From Dehalococcoidia bacterium (GTDB taxonomy: Bacteria > Chloroflexota > Dehalococcoidia > Plut-88900), in contig CBDFLQ010000007.1 of the NCBI GenBank assembly GCA_965249275.1, forward strand, positions 160,001 to 224,000: a DNA stretch of 64,000 nt, written 5' to 3'. A model generated the notes under the pieces. The model saw nothing but the letters and a program-made list of their open reading frames with translations. It made no database searches and was not told the DNA's origin. Both the position numbers and the translations under genes were made by a program. Shown piece after piece: positions 19,901 to 29,212 of this stretch. The stretch's first letter is position 1; each line of letters starts with the position of its first letter.

Positions 19901-20575
19901 CTTGTCCGCCAGCCGATCGCCGTGCCGGCCACTTTGGCCGTAGGCCTTCAGGGTGGCAAGACCCTGCACACCGTCCAGGAAGTCGGCGCCCAGGGAGCCG
20001 TAGGAGCGGTAGCGGTGCATGCTGCTCTTCTGGTTCCAGCTGTGGAAGACCGCCGGAGCGACGAGGGTGAAGAGGGCGAAGCCGAGGAAGATAAGAGCAA
20101 TGGGCAGGTCCAGGATGGCCATGAATACGAAGATGAGAATCGGGGCGACGGCGGCAATGATGATCTGGGGAAGGTATTGGCCGAAGAAGGTCTCCAGGCC
20201 CTCGACGCCATCGCCGAGGGTGAGGATCACGCCACCTGTGCGACGCTGGTCGAAGTGACCCGGGCCAAGGGCTAGGCAGTGCTGATAAAGATTCTCACGA
20301 ATCTTTATCTTGACGATGTTGGAAGTGTGATGAGCGTAGCTGTTCTGCAGGTATTGGAATACTCCTCGGACGCCGATGAGGATGGCGACGCCGATCATGG
20401 GAAAAGCAAGGGAGGAGTACTCGGCTTGTCCGCGAAAGACCCGGGCGATGACTATGCCGAAGATAGCGAGGCCGGCGACTCCAGCGCCAACGGCAATAAG
20501 CCCCAGCACTGTGGAAAGAAAGATACGGAGCCGAACGCCCTGCGTAAGCTGGAACAGTCTCAGATCGAAGTACAT
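16940..20575 (-). CDS. Single-chain double ABC transporter (TMD-NBD-TMD-NBD), CydD/CydC-like exporter fold
   Basis: Two Walker A motifs (GPSGAGKS, GRSGAGKS), two LSGGQRQR, two ILDEA; two TM blocks; ATG 20575 (MYFDLRL). Confidence 0.88.
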   Translation of the reverse strand: MYFDLRLFQLTQGVRLRIFLSTVLGLIAVGAGVAGLAIFGIVIARVFRGQAEYSSLAFPMIGVAILIGVRGVFQYLQNSYAHHTSNIVKIKIRENLYQHCLALGPGHFDQRRTGGVILTLGDGVEGLETFFGQYLPQIIIAAVAPILIFVFMAILDLPIALIFLGFALFTLVAPAVFHSWNQKSSMHRYRSYGSLGADFLDGVQGLATLKAYGQSGRHGDRLADKARALYRSTMGVLAANIATGGVTVLGISAGAAVALGVGAARVSAGDMEIRTLLIVMMFGVEVFRPLRELTQLYHKGMIASAAAQSIFNLMAEPVEIEGPRNTPTPDTPNTAPLAAEIRFENVTFGYNQGRGNALENVSFTLGKGEKLGVAGPSGAGKSTLVWLAYRFFDPQKGRILLGGQDLKDLPLERIREQIAVVTQDTYLFHGTVADNLRFGKGDATQEQLEAAARAANAHEFISELPQGYDTYVGERAIRLSGGQRQRIAIARALLKDAPILILDEALSSVDAENEAVIQEALDRLMQGRTTLIIAHRLSSIVGADRILVLEDSHLVEIGSHDELIAADGIYARLMADQQTAGFASRPANLATVDQLTSAVDGLASPPHEEEPLPAPAALEASYPMGAFTILRRLMTLIVPWWKQQTVTFLLGIAHHGSIIGLGVISALLVGEVFRGGDLTLYLILLAVFAPLTAFFTWAEGWLAHDLAYRLLAEMRIDMYRKMDAIAPAYLVKRRSGDIVGVVGGDIEKIEYFFAHTISPAFVAFVVPLAVLITLALISWPLAIVLLPFLFAVAIRPFYAQKTNERLGDEVLSKLGGIHAQMVDNIQGMREISAFDQGPARTGDIRERGWDFAGSQLKFKKAQESQTSFIESITGLGGLAVLAMGAWLVLEGRMDRPDLPLAALLALSTFSPVSDLARTGKDLMETLAAGRRVFAVHDEPMSVQDGPGVAAPGEVAVPTAPLVRFEGTSFAYGPGLPQAVSDLSFTIEPGQTVALVGRSGAGKSTCAYLLMRFWDPQSGEVSLGNHNLKEFRLDPLRDSIAFVTQDTYLFNASIGDNIALGKFGASQEEIEEAAQQANAHGFVSSFPEGYDTMVGERGMQLSGGQRQRISIARALLKNAPVLILDEATSHLDAVSEHQVRQALNRLMSGRSTVIIAHRLSTVRDADKLIVLDRGRKVEEGSHDELMERNGLYAQLVAAQMVSAAPRPTQQPS

Positions 20576-20647
20576 GAAGCCTCTAGGCCAGTTTGTCGTA
20601 GAAAGAGCCCTGGCGCAAGGGTTGCTAGCCGGGGCTCTGTTCGGTGG

Positions 20648-20676
20648 ATTATACAGTCGGGCACAGAATACGGCAA
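20648..20676 (-). promoter_or_regulatory. Putative sigma70 promoter of the ABC transporter
   Basis: Minus strand TTGCCG-N17-TATAAT; a divergent TTGACT-N17-TAGCGT lies at 20697-20725 (+). Confidence 0.6.
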
Positions 20677-20821
20677 ACGAGGAGCGGTGCGTTGTATTGA
20701 CTCCCCAAGTGGATTCGCTTAGCGTATCCGGCTGTATGTGGGGAGGAGCGACCAGCCGCTCGCCCCTATGGGTTGGAGGTTCACGGAACACAAGCAAGAA
20801 CGGAAAGGGTGCAAGAAGAAT

Positions 20822-21958
20822 ATGAAGGACTACATAGCCGTCGACGTGGACGGTCACATCATGGAGCCACCCGACCTTTTCGAAAATAACCTGGAACCGA
20901 AGTATCGGGACCGGGCCTATAAGCTCGTGTTGGACGACCAAGGGGTCGAGCACCCGGTTATGGACAACATATGGCTGGACGATACGAGGCCGGTGGGCAC
21001 AGTGTCGGTGTACGGCGCTGTTGACAAGCCCATGGAGGACTACCTGGCGGGGAAGGTGCACTACCGGGACTCGATGGTCCCGGGGGCATGGGTGCCGGAT
21101 GAAAGGCTCAAGGTGATGGACGAGGAGGGGATCGATATTGCGTTGTTCTACCCGTCGCTAGGTCTGGACTGGGAGAGCTCCAGCGACGACGCCGACCTCG
21201 TGGCGGCCCACTGCCGGGTGTACAACGACTGGCTGATCGACTTCTGCAGCACCGATCCCAGCCGACTAGTGCCGATAGCTCACGTGTCTTTCATGGATGT
21301 CGAGCAGGCGGTGGCGGAGACCAGGCGGGTGGCAGATCTTGGGGCGAAGGGACTGATGTTACTTGCGTTTCCGCCAAGAAAGGGTCAGCCGTATGGCGAG
21401 CCGGAGTTCGACCCGATATGGTCGGAAGCCGAAAGCCTCGGGCTGCCTGTCGGGGTACATGTTCACGGGGGCGGGACCCGATTTGGCGGTGATTATTTCT
21501 ACCCGCACCCCTGGAAGGCGTCTTGGTGGTGGTGGTTCGTCACGGCAGCGAAGTTTGTGGTGGACTCGATGACCTCGCTGTTCCAGGGAGGTCTTTTCGA
21601 CAGGTTCCCAAACCTTCAGGTGATCGCGTTGGAGGCAGGCTGCGGCTGGCTGGCCTACTGGCTGGAGCGGATGGACGAATATTTCGAAAGGTACGGCTTC
21701 GAGACGTCGATGCAGCTTAAGCCGAGCGAATACTTCAATCGACAATGCTGGATATCGATGGAGCCCAGCGAGAAGATTGGCCTTACGATGATGCAGCTTC
21801 TCGGGGCCGACCGGTTCCTCTGGGCTTCCGATTACCCCCACTCCGATGCAGAGATGGGGACCGTGGCACAACTGAAGAAGAACCTTGCCCCCCTTCCGGA
21901 TGCGGAGTTCCGAAAGATACTGGGGGAGAATGCGGTCAAGCTGTATCAGCTTGGGTGA
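20822..21958 (+). CDS. Amidohydrolase family protein (Amidohydro_2, ACMSD/LigW-like)
   Basis: DVDGHIMEP, MDEEGID, YNDW, PVGVH, LEAGCGW, WASDYPHSD. Confidence 0.9.
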   Translation: MKDYIAVDVDGHIMEPPDLFENNLEPKYRDRAYKLVLDDQGVEHPVMDNIWLDDTRPVGTVSVYGAVDKPMEDYLAGKVHYRDSMVPGAWVPDERLKVMDEEGIDIALFYPSLGLDWESSSDDADLVAAHCRVYNDWLIDFCSTDPSRLVPIAHVSFMDVEQAVAETRRVADLGAKGLMLLAFPPRKGQPYGEPEFDPIWSEAESLGLPVGVHVHGGGTRFGGDYFYPHPWKASWWWWFVTAAKFVVDSMTSLFQGGLFDRFPNLQVIALEAGCGWLAYWLERMDEYFERYGFETSMQLKPSEYFNRQCWISMEPSEKIGLTMMQLLGADRFLWASDYPHSDAEMGTVAQLKKNLAPLPDAEFRKILGENAVKLYQLG

Positions 21959-22464
21959 TTTTACATAATGCGTCGATGGGCGGTCTATGGCGAGGGTGGG
22001 ATGAGTGATTTTGTGAGGGACTTCGTTACATAAAGTGCGCGTTTGTCTTTTGGGATACATCCTCACTCTCTTCAGCGAGTCTTCGACCCTAGCCCTTTCC
22101 CGTCAAGAGAGCTTTGCACAACTACAGGTTGCCTCTGCTGTACTGTCCGGATCACGTAACCTCCACCCCCCGCTCATACTTCGAGAGCCTCAGCACGAGC
22201 GGCCCCGGCCCCACCGCGGGAGGTTAGGCAAAAATCTCATCAAGGGAGAGGGGATGGAACGCTCGCACATCATTCAGTTCTTGGGATCCCCTTCGAGAGC
22301 CTCAGGACAGGCTTCGACTTCGCTAACGCCACGGCGCATCTTCGACAGGGCGAGCGGAATACCCCGCCCCTGGGGATGGAGCCCGACTCGGGAGCAGAAA
22401 TGTCGGTTATGCAAGGGTCTCATACCGGAAACACAATGCGGGCTCATGCTGGAAAGGTGAATCG

Positions 22465-23385
22465 ATGCCAAAGATTGGACTGGTAGGGCTGGGAGTTATC
22501 GGGCGGATATACGCTGCCAACCTGACAAGGACTTTCGGGCCGATATATGTCTATGACAGCGTTCGGGAGCGGATGGCGGCAGTAGAGAAGCTGGGGGCTC
22601 TGGCGTCGGAGAGTGGGGCGGACTTGGCGAGGTTGTCGGAGGTGGTGTTGCTGGCGCTGCCAAACCCCGAAGCGGTGAGGGCGGCGGTAGATGGGAAGGA
22701 TGGCGTGTTAGAGGGGGCTCGGCCAGGGACAGTCATTGTGGACCTGAGCACCATTGACCCGAAGACTGCCATTGAGATGTATGCTTGGGCGAAGGAGCGG
22801 GGTGTTGACTACCTGGACTCTCCGATAAGCGGGGGGCAGCCAGGTGGGGCGGGCACCGACGGGGCGAAGGCGGCCAACGTAACCTTCATGGTGAGCGGGG
22901 ACCGAGGCGCATTCGAGAAGGCAAAGCCTGTGATGGAAGCGCTCGGCGAGAAGTTCTTCTTTCTGGGGGAGGCAGGGACGGGGACGAAGGTAAAGCTGCT
23001 GAGCAACTTCGTTAGTGGGATGGTCAACTTGATCTCGGCGGAAGCGTTTGCTCTCGGGGCGGCGGCGGGCATCGATGCGAAGACCCTGATGGACGTGTTT
23101 GACGAGACGGACGCCGACTGCTACTTCATGCAGAACTATGTCCGGCCGAGAATCGAGCGGGGTGATTTCGAGCCGGGCTTCTCGGTTGACCTGCAGTACA
23201 AGGACTTGAAGCTGACCAGCGAATGGAGCAGGGAGGAGGGGGTTCCCACCCCCATCAATGACCTGGGCGTGCAGCTATACCAGATGGCTCGGGCGGCGGG
23301 GCTGGGGCATAAGGACCTGGTGGAGTCGGTGAATTATTGGGCGCGGGTGTCGGGGGTGGAGTTGGTAACGGGTGACAGGGCTTGA
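22465..23385 (+). CDS. NAD(P)-dependent beta-hydroxyacid dehydrogenase (3-hydroxyisobutyrate DH family)
   Basis: IGLVGLGVIG, VDLSTI, LDSPISGG, KLLSN, KDL motifs. Confidence 0.9.
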   Translation: MPKIGLVGLGVIGRIYAANLTRTFGPIYVYDSVRERMAAVEKLGALASESGADLARLSEVVLLALPNPEAVRAAVDGKDGVLEGARPGTVIVDLSTIDPKTAIEMYAWAKERGVDYLDSPISGGQPGGAGTDGAKAANVTFMVSGDRGAFEKAKPVMEALGEKFFFLGEAGTGTKVKLLSNFVSGMVNLISAEAFALGAAAGIDAKTLMDVFDETDADCYFMQNYVRPRIERGDFEPGFSVDLQYKDLKLTSEWSREEGVPTPINDLGVQLYQMARAAGLGHKDLVESVNYWARVSGVELVTGDRA

Positions 23386-24110
23386 GCGCAGGCTCTAGCA
23401 CGCCGCTCATACTTCGATGCTTCATAGGCGGACTTGCAGCGGGCTAAGTATGAGCGGCCCCGCCTCCGGAGACTGGATTCACGCCATGGCGCACGCCAAA
23501 GGCGCATCCTCCCGAGGCGGACGTTCCGCTTGCAGCATCTTCGACCGGCTCGGAGGCCGAAATGACGGAGAGGGAGGGGCAGGATGAGGGTGTTTTAGGG
23601 GTGGGAGTCGTAGGGATGTACGTCCGGTAGGGATATATGCCTTAGGTTCCTCGCGGGGCATCGGAATGGCATGGTTGGGGTGGTGGGTTGGCGAAGAAGT
23701 TTCGCGGTGGACGCTTGTGCAACTCCGGGTTGGGGCGGAAACGCCCTGCCCATTCCGCTCTTGAGACCCTTCGACTCGGCTTACGCTATGGCGCATCTTC
23801 GACAGGGCGAGCGGAATGCCCCGCCTTTGGGGAGGTATTCACGCCTCGGCGCACGCCAAAGGCGCACTTTCAGCATCTTCGACCGGCTCGGAGGCCGGAA
23901 TGACGGAGAGGTAGGGGCAGGATGAAAAGGTTTTAGTGGTGGAGAGCGATATGGGTACGACTACTAGGGACATGCGCCTTAGATTCCTCGCGGAGCCTCG
24001 GAATGACAATGATTAGGGTGGTGGGTTGGGGGCGGAGGGACGTGACAGATTGGCAGTGCGTGGACTCCCCCCGCTCATACTTCGACGGGCTCAGCACGAG
24101 CGGCCCCGCC

Positions 24111-25256
24111 TCAGGACAGGCCGTAGAGGCGGGCGCAGTTGTCCCAGAGGATCTTTCGCAGGCTGTCGTGGGGGAAATCGAGGGTGAGTAGCATCTCCAC
24201 GGACTTGGGGTAGCGGCTGTCGGGGTGGGGGTAGTCGGTGGAAAAGACAATGTTGTCATCGCCAAGCCAGTCGATGGCATACTTGCCGGGCGCTTCGTCG
24301 GCCTCGACGGAGGTGAAGCACTGGCGTTTGAAGTACTCGGAGGGCATGAGGGGCAGCCTATCCTTGAGAATCGACTCCCTGTGCTCGTAGTGCTCGTCCA
24401 TGCGCCAGATCCAGAACGGCGACCAGCTGCAATTCCCTTCGAGGAAAGCGAACCTTAGAGTTGGAAATCTCTGGGTGACGCCCCCCATGATGATCGCGAG
24501 GCAGGCGTACATCTGCTCTATGGGATGGGCGGCCAGGTGCTCGGTAGTCCAGAGGTTTTCGTGGTTGCCGTCGAAACGTTCTCCCATAGCAACAGGAAGC
24601 TCACAGGGAGTGCCTTCGTGGAAACCGACGGCGAGGTCGAATGCCTGGCACTCGGCCCAAAGAGGGTCATAGTAGGGGTGGTTCCAGTTGCGGCCCTGGA
24701 CGGGGTTGGGGCGCAGGAATACGCCCTTGAAGCCGAAGTCCTGGGCCACGCGTCGGGTCTCCGCAATGGCGGCGTCTATATTCTGGGCAGGGACCATGCC
24801 CGAACCGAACATCCTCTTGGAGTCGCCCTGGCAGAACTCGGCGAGCCAGTCATTGTAGGCGCGCGATATGGCTGCTGCCAGCTGATCATCGTCGTAGACC
24901 TTGGCGTGGGCGAAGAGGCCCATGGAAGGGAAAAGCAAGGCCAGGTCTATCCCCTCAGCGTCCATGGCCTCGACCTGGGTGTCGGGGCCCCAGCCCCGGT
25001 CCTGGAAGGCGAGGAATTCATCGAACCTGCCGTAGCGCTTGGCTAATTCGACGTACATTTCCCCTTCGTCGGCGAAGTTGTCCTGATTGCGGGCGATGAC
25101 TCTACCATCGTGCTTGAGACGAAGGTCCATGAAGTACTCTTCCGCACCTACGGGGGCGAGGTCACGGAACTCGGGTGAGATGTAGGTCTGCCAGAGGTCG
25201 GCGGGCTCCATGACGTGCATGTCGCTGTCGATGACCTTGAAACCGTCCTTAGCCAT
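24111..25256 (-). CDS. Amidohydrolase family protein (Amidohydro_2)
   Basis: IDSDMHVMEP, MDAEGID, YNDWL, FLEGNCSW, FSTDYPHPD; ATG 25256 after AAGGAGG. Confidence 0.9.
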   Translation of the reverse strand: MAKDGFKVIDSDMHVMEPADLWQTYISPEFRDLAPVGAEEYFMDLRLKHDGRVIARNQDNFADEGEMYVELAKRYGRFDEFLAFQDRGWGPDTQVEAMDAEGIDLALLFPSMGLFAHAKVYDDDQLAAAISRAYNDWLAEFCQGDSKRMFGSGMVPAQNIDAAIAETRRVAQDFGFKGVFLRPNPVQGRNWNHPYYDPLWAECQAFDLAVGFHEGTPCELPVAMGERFDGNHENLWTTEHLAAHPIEQMYACLAIIMGGVTQRFPTLRFAFLEGNCSWSPFWIWRMDEHYEHRESILKDRLPLMPSEYFKRQCFTSVEADEAPGKYAIDWLGDDNIVFSTDYPHPDSRYPKSVEMLLTLDFPHDSLRKILWDNCARLYGLS

Positions 25257-25523
25257 TGCGGTGCCCTCCTTCGGGCTGGGGGTCTTTTGCAAGCCAGTAT
25301 CACTCTCTCGCGCCTCGGCGAGACTACGGCCTCAGCCCTCTCGCGCCTCGGCGCATCTCCGACCCATCGAGATATCTTTGCGTAACTGCTGATCACGCTA
25401 GTGGTGCCATCCAGGTTACCTGACGTCCCTCCCCCGCTCATACTTCGAGAGCCTCAGCACGAGCGGCCCCGGCCCCTCCGGCAGGCAGAGGTTTCCTTAG
25501 TGCATTGTCCACCTTGGGCGTGG

Positions 25524-26138
25524 CTACTGCAACGGGTTGAAACGCATTGCGAGGCGAGGAAGCCAGTTACACGGGCGGTCGGGGAGGGGTCCTCGGACGA
25601 TTTCGAAGCCGGCGCGTTTGAAGAGGGGCTCGGTTCCGAAAAAGATATTGTCGGCGCCGGTGCGCTCGTTTCCGGCTCGGGGGTAGGCCTCCACGACAGG
25701 AGCGCCGTACTCGAATGCATATCGAGCCGCTGCCCGAATAAGGGCCACGGCGACGCCCTGGCCGCGTGCATTCCTGTGGACGGTCACGCAAGGGATAACC
25801 CAGACATCCTGATCGTCCACCCTGGGTGTGGCCCGGGACTTCTCGATGCGAGCAAGCTCGCTCCGGGGGGCGACGGCAACCCAGCCCACGGGGTCTTCTC
25901 CCTGGAAGGCGAGGAGGCCCGGAGCGTAAGAGCGTCGGGCCAGGTCTTCCATAGCTGCACGGCGGCGCTGAGAGCCGGACCCTTCGCCGGGGAGCTTCTT
26001 CCATTGGGCGCCTGGGATACGAGGGAACATGCACCAGCAGGTACTGCCCCAGCTTCCCCGGAGGACTGTCCTCATGCTGTCCAACAGGTCGGGGGTCAGG
26101 GGTCTGATGTCCAGAGTAGATGTCCCGGTAGTAGTCAT
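25524..26138 (-). CDS. GNAT-family N-acetyltransferase
   Basis: CWCM motif, VGWVAVAPR, RGQGVA acetyl-CoA loop, VEAYP, FKRAGF. Confidence 0.85.
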   Translation of the reverse strand: MTTTGTSTLDIRPLTPDLLDSMRTVLRGSWGSTCWCMFPRIPGAQWKKLPGEGSGSQRRRAAMEDLARRSYAPGLLAFQGEDPVGWVAVAPRSELARIEKSRATPRVDDQDVWVIPCVTVHRNARGQGVAVALIRAAARYAFEYGAPVVEAYPRAGNERTGADNIFFGTEPLFKRAGFEIVRGPLPDRPCNWLPRLAMRFNPLQ

Positions 26139-26323
26139 AAGCTGATTACCCCCTGACTGCAAGTCTATATGGCCAAATCAGGATTAGGATGCGAAAGTAT
26201 CCCGCGTAAGGATAACAGGTAAAAAAGCCCGGTTTGACCTATGGGTAACAAGGGGCCCGAAGCGTTGGGGTGGGGGCTTAGAAGTTACCGATCGGGAGGG
26301 GGCCTATGGCCTTGCGACCGTGG

Positions 26324-26587
26324 CTACCAGCGGGGGCGGCGGGGCTCTTTGGGTCGGGCCCGGTCTACGGTAAGGGGTCTGCCCTTGAGCTCTTTACCAT
26401 TCAGGCCTTGAACCGCAGCTTCACCTTCGCGCTCGTCAGTCATCTCGACGAAACCGAAACCGCGTGAGCGGCCGGAATAGGGGTCGGTGATCACGCGTGC
26501 CGAGTCGACAGTGCCGAAGGGGTCGAAAGCTTCTTTCAACTCCTCATCGGTCAGACTATAGGGAAGGTTGCCGACGAAAATGTTCAT
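26324..26587 (-). CDS. RRM-domain RNA-binding protein
   Basis: RNP2 IFVGNL and RNP1 RGFGFVEM; GGAGG RBS. Confidence 0.95.
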   Translation of the reverse strand: MNIFVGNLPYSLTDEELKEAFDPFGTVDSARVITDPYSGRSRGFGFVEMTDEREGEAAVQGLNGKELKGRPLTVDRARPKEPRRPRW

Positions 26588-26927
26588 GAACAGGTCCTCC
26601 AGGGCCAAGTATCTCCTGCTTCGAAACCCCTATCTTCCAAGCTGGAAGCAAGCGTTTACTACGCCCTTTCGGGGATACCGAAGATGGGGAGCATTCTACC
26701 ATACAAAAGATAAATGCAACTACCAGAACACATTGTTACGCATTTCCCAAAGACTCTTACATAAGGTGTATTTAAGGGCTTAGCCAGCGAGTGGAGCAGG
26801 GGCAACGTTGGGAAACAATGCGTCCCGTTTGCCGGCAGTCGTATAATCACCAGAACTCCTTGGAAGGGCGACCGTCGCCCTTCCGGAACATCAAAGAGAC
26901 CGCCGGGGAATTGGGGGATATTGGGTC

Positions 26928-27308
26928 ATGGGCGCGCGGCGTCAACTTATCGACGTAACTTATTCGTTCTTAGTCGCGCTAGGGATTGCGGTGATTATGA
27001 TTATGATCGTCACCGCGTTCCAGGACCGGCCCGACCTGGATGACGAGACACGGGAGCGGGTAGGGTTTCTTCTGCTGTTCCCGGTGTCTATTGCGATAAT
27101 AACGGGGACGATAGGCTTCGGGCTGTCGCTGATAAATTGGAGGGAATGGCGCCTGTTGATACTGGCGTTCCTGGGGGTGATAAGCCTAGTAAATGCAATA
27201 CTTGACGTATCGAACGCGCTTACCTATTTTGGCGTATCGATTTTCCTAGTGTTCGGAATGTATTTTGCCGTGGAGTGGTTCGGGGTCCGGCGTCGGCGCA
27301 GGGTCTAA
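26928..27308 (+). CDS. Hypothetical membrane protein (about 4 TM)
   Basis: Four hydrophobic stretches, basic tail; TATAAT at 26842-26847. Confidence 0.65.
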   Translation: MGARRQLIDVTYSFLVALGIAVIMIMIVTAFQDRPDLDDETRERVGFLLLFPVSIAIITGTIGFGLSLINWREWRLLILAFLGVISLVNAILDVSNALTYFGVSIFLVFGMYFAVEWFGVRRRRRV

Positions 27309-27316
27309 GGCCGGGC

Positions 27317-27946
27317 CTAAGCCCGGAAGGCGAGCATAAGACCATCCCGCAGGGTAAGCAGAACGTTGTTGACCCGGGGGTCATTGGTAACGTAATCGTT
27401 CAAGGCGTTTATGGCCTTATCGCTCTCATCTTTCGGGTCCAAAACCTTCCCTCCCCACAGGGTGTTGTCCACTGCGATCACGCCTCTGGGCGCCAGCAAG
27501 TCGATGCATTTTACATAATAGTTCAGGTAGTTGGTCTTGTCGGCATCGATGAAGACGAGGTCGAAGGGGCCTTGGAGGGTGTCGATAGTGTCGAGAGCGG
27601 GGCCGACTCTTAGGTCGATCTTCTTGCCGTGGGGTGTCTTGGCGAAGAACTCGCGGGCCAGGGATCGAGGGGCTATGTCGCAGGTTATGAGTTCACCGTC
27701 CTCCGGGAGAGCATGTGCCATCATGAGGGCGCTGAATCCTGTGAAGGTGCCAATTTCCAGGACTCGCTTGGCTCCGGAAACTCGGATGAGTGCCTGGAGG
27801 AGGGTGCCGATGAGGCGGTCGGAAAGCATTTCGGCGTCGGGTGCCGAGTTGTAGGTCGCCTTTCTGAGTTCCTCCATGACTGGGGGGAGGGGGGTGGTGT
27901 GGTCGAAGGCGTAGTCGTCGATTTCTCGGGGGACGATGCCGATCAT
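27317..27946 (-). CDS. O-methyltransferase (caffeoyl-CoA OMT-like)
   Basis: VLEIGTFTGFS, FDLVFIDADK, DNTLWGG. Confidence 0.93.
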   Translation of the reverse strand: MIGIVPREIDDYAFDHTTPLPPVMEELRKATYNSAPDAEMLSDRLIGTLLQALIRVSGAKRVLEIGTFTGFSALMMAHALPEDGELITCDIAPRSLAREFFAKTPHGKKIDLRVGPALDTIDTLQGPFDLVFIDADKTNYLNYYVKCIDLLAPRGVIAVDNTLWGGKVLDPKDESDKAINALNDYVTNDPRVNNVLLTLRDGLMLAFRA

Positions 27947-27980
27947 GGATTACTCCTGTGGGGGGTGGGGGTCAATGGGT

Positions 27981-29114
27981 TTAGTTGAACCGGGGTATGA
28001 CCTGCTCGGTGAAGAGGGTTAGGCTTCGCATCACCTGCTGGAAGCTTAGCCCCGGGAAATTCAGGAAGAGGGCGATGTGCTGGCAGTTGAGCTCTGTGCG
28101 GTAGCGTTCGATCTGTTCTGCTACCGAGTCCGGGGTGCCGACCATTATGAGGTCGTGCTTCCTCTGGAAGTCGAACCAGTCCAGGTCTAAATCGCCGTCT
28201 TCTATTTCTCCCTCTATAAACGAATCTCTGGATGCCTTCATCGGGTCGCGCTTGTTCCACACGCCGAGCATGTTGGCCCCCGGCCTGACGGCCTCTAAGG
28301 CTTCTTCCATGGTGTCGGCGACGTAGGTGGCGATCATCACGGAGAGCTTATCGCCGAAGTTGTTCTCTTCGCCTCTCGCTTCCTTAGCGGCGTCGTAATA
28401 GGTGTTCCAGATTTCCCTTATCTTGCCGAGGGAGACGGTCTGGCACATGGTGGATATGCCTCGTCTGCCGGCCAACTTGTGGGAACTGTTGGAGGTTGAC
28501 ATCTGAAAGATGGGTGGGTGGGGTTTCTGGACAGGCTTGGGGTGTACGCCGAGAGCGACCATCTCGCCATCGTCGGCGTGGTAACGGGGGTCTCGGACCC
28601 ATTCGTTGGGTTCGTGCCAGCCGGGTTCAGGGAAAGTAAAGTGGTTGCCCTGATATTGGAAAGCTTCCTGTTTCCAGGCGTCTATGATGACATCCAAGGC
28701 CTCGTTGAAGAACTCGGAGTTGACCTTGGGGTTTCGCCGGTCTCCCGCCGAACTGAACTGGGCGGAGGCCCGGGTGTCGAAGCCACGGGCGATGCCGAAG
28801 TCGACACGGCCGTCAGTGAAATTGTCCAGGAGCGCGATGTCCTCCGCGACGCGCAGGGGATGCCAGTCGGGGAGGATGGTGCCGCACTGGCCGATTCTGA
28901 GGTGGTCGCTGTTCTTGATCAGGCCCGCGCCCATGAGAATGGGGTTGGGGGAGGCGCGGTACCAGCCGTCCCAGGCGAAGTGGTGCTCGGCGAGCCAGAG
29001 GCCTGTGAAGCCTCCCTGGTCGATGAGCTTAACCTCCTGGTGCATCTCGTCCATCAGGGTGTCCCAGGAATACTGCTCTCCGACGTGATAGTAGGGTGTG
29101 CAATCGAACCTCAT
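27981..29114 (-). CDS. LLM-class flavin-dependent oxidoreductase (tandem paralog 4)
   Basis: WLAEHHFAWDGW, PLRVAED, GRVDFGIARG, PKPVQKPHPP. Confidence 0.92.
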   Translation of the reverse strand: MRFDCTPYYHVGEQYSWDTLMDEMHQEVKLIDQGGFTGLWLAEHHFAWDGWYRASPNPILMGAGLIKNSDHLRIGQCGTILPDWHPLRVAEDIALLDNFTDGRVDFGIARGFDTRASAQFSSAGDRRNPKVNSEFFNEALDVIIDAWKQEAFQYQGNHFTFPEPGWHEPNEWVRDPRYHADDGEMVALGVHPKPVQKPHPPIFQMSTSNSSHKLAGRRGISTMCQTVSLGKIREIWNTYYDAAKEARGEENNFGDKLSVMIATYVADTMEEALEAVRPGANMLGVWNKRDPMKASRDSFIEGEIEDGDLDLDWFDFQRKHDLIMVGTPDSVAEQIERYRTELNCQHIALFLNFPGLSFQQVMRSLTLFTEQVIPRFN

Positions 29115-29163
29115 TTGTCACCTCGTGTCTGGTCTGGGGTGGATGATCTTTGAAGAGTCCGAA

Positions 29164-29203
29164 TCACCCTCACCCTAGCCCTCTCTCGTCAAGGGATAGG
29201 GGA
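29164..29203 (+). repeat. REP-C palindrome (TCACCCTCACCCTAGCCCTCTCCCGTCAAGGGAGAGGGGA)
   Basis: Forward copies at 29164, 30415, 50298, 59121/60456 (split), 61882; reverse copies at 13972 and 15217 (truncated). Confidence 0.85.
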
Positions 29204-29212
29204 CTATTTTTG

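Noticed and set aside
20576-21061. N-terminal extension of the ABC transporter ORF
   Set aside because: Overlaps the divergent amidohydrolase and both promoters; ATG 20575 is the plausible start
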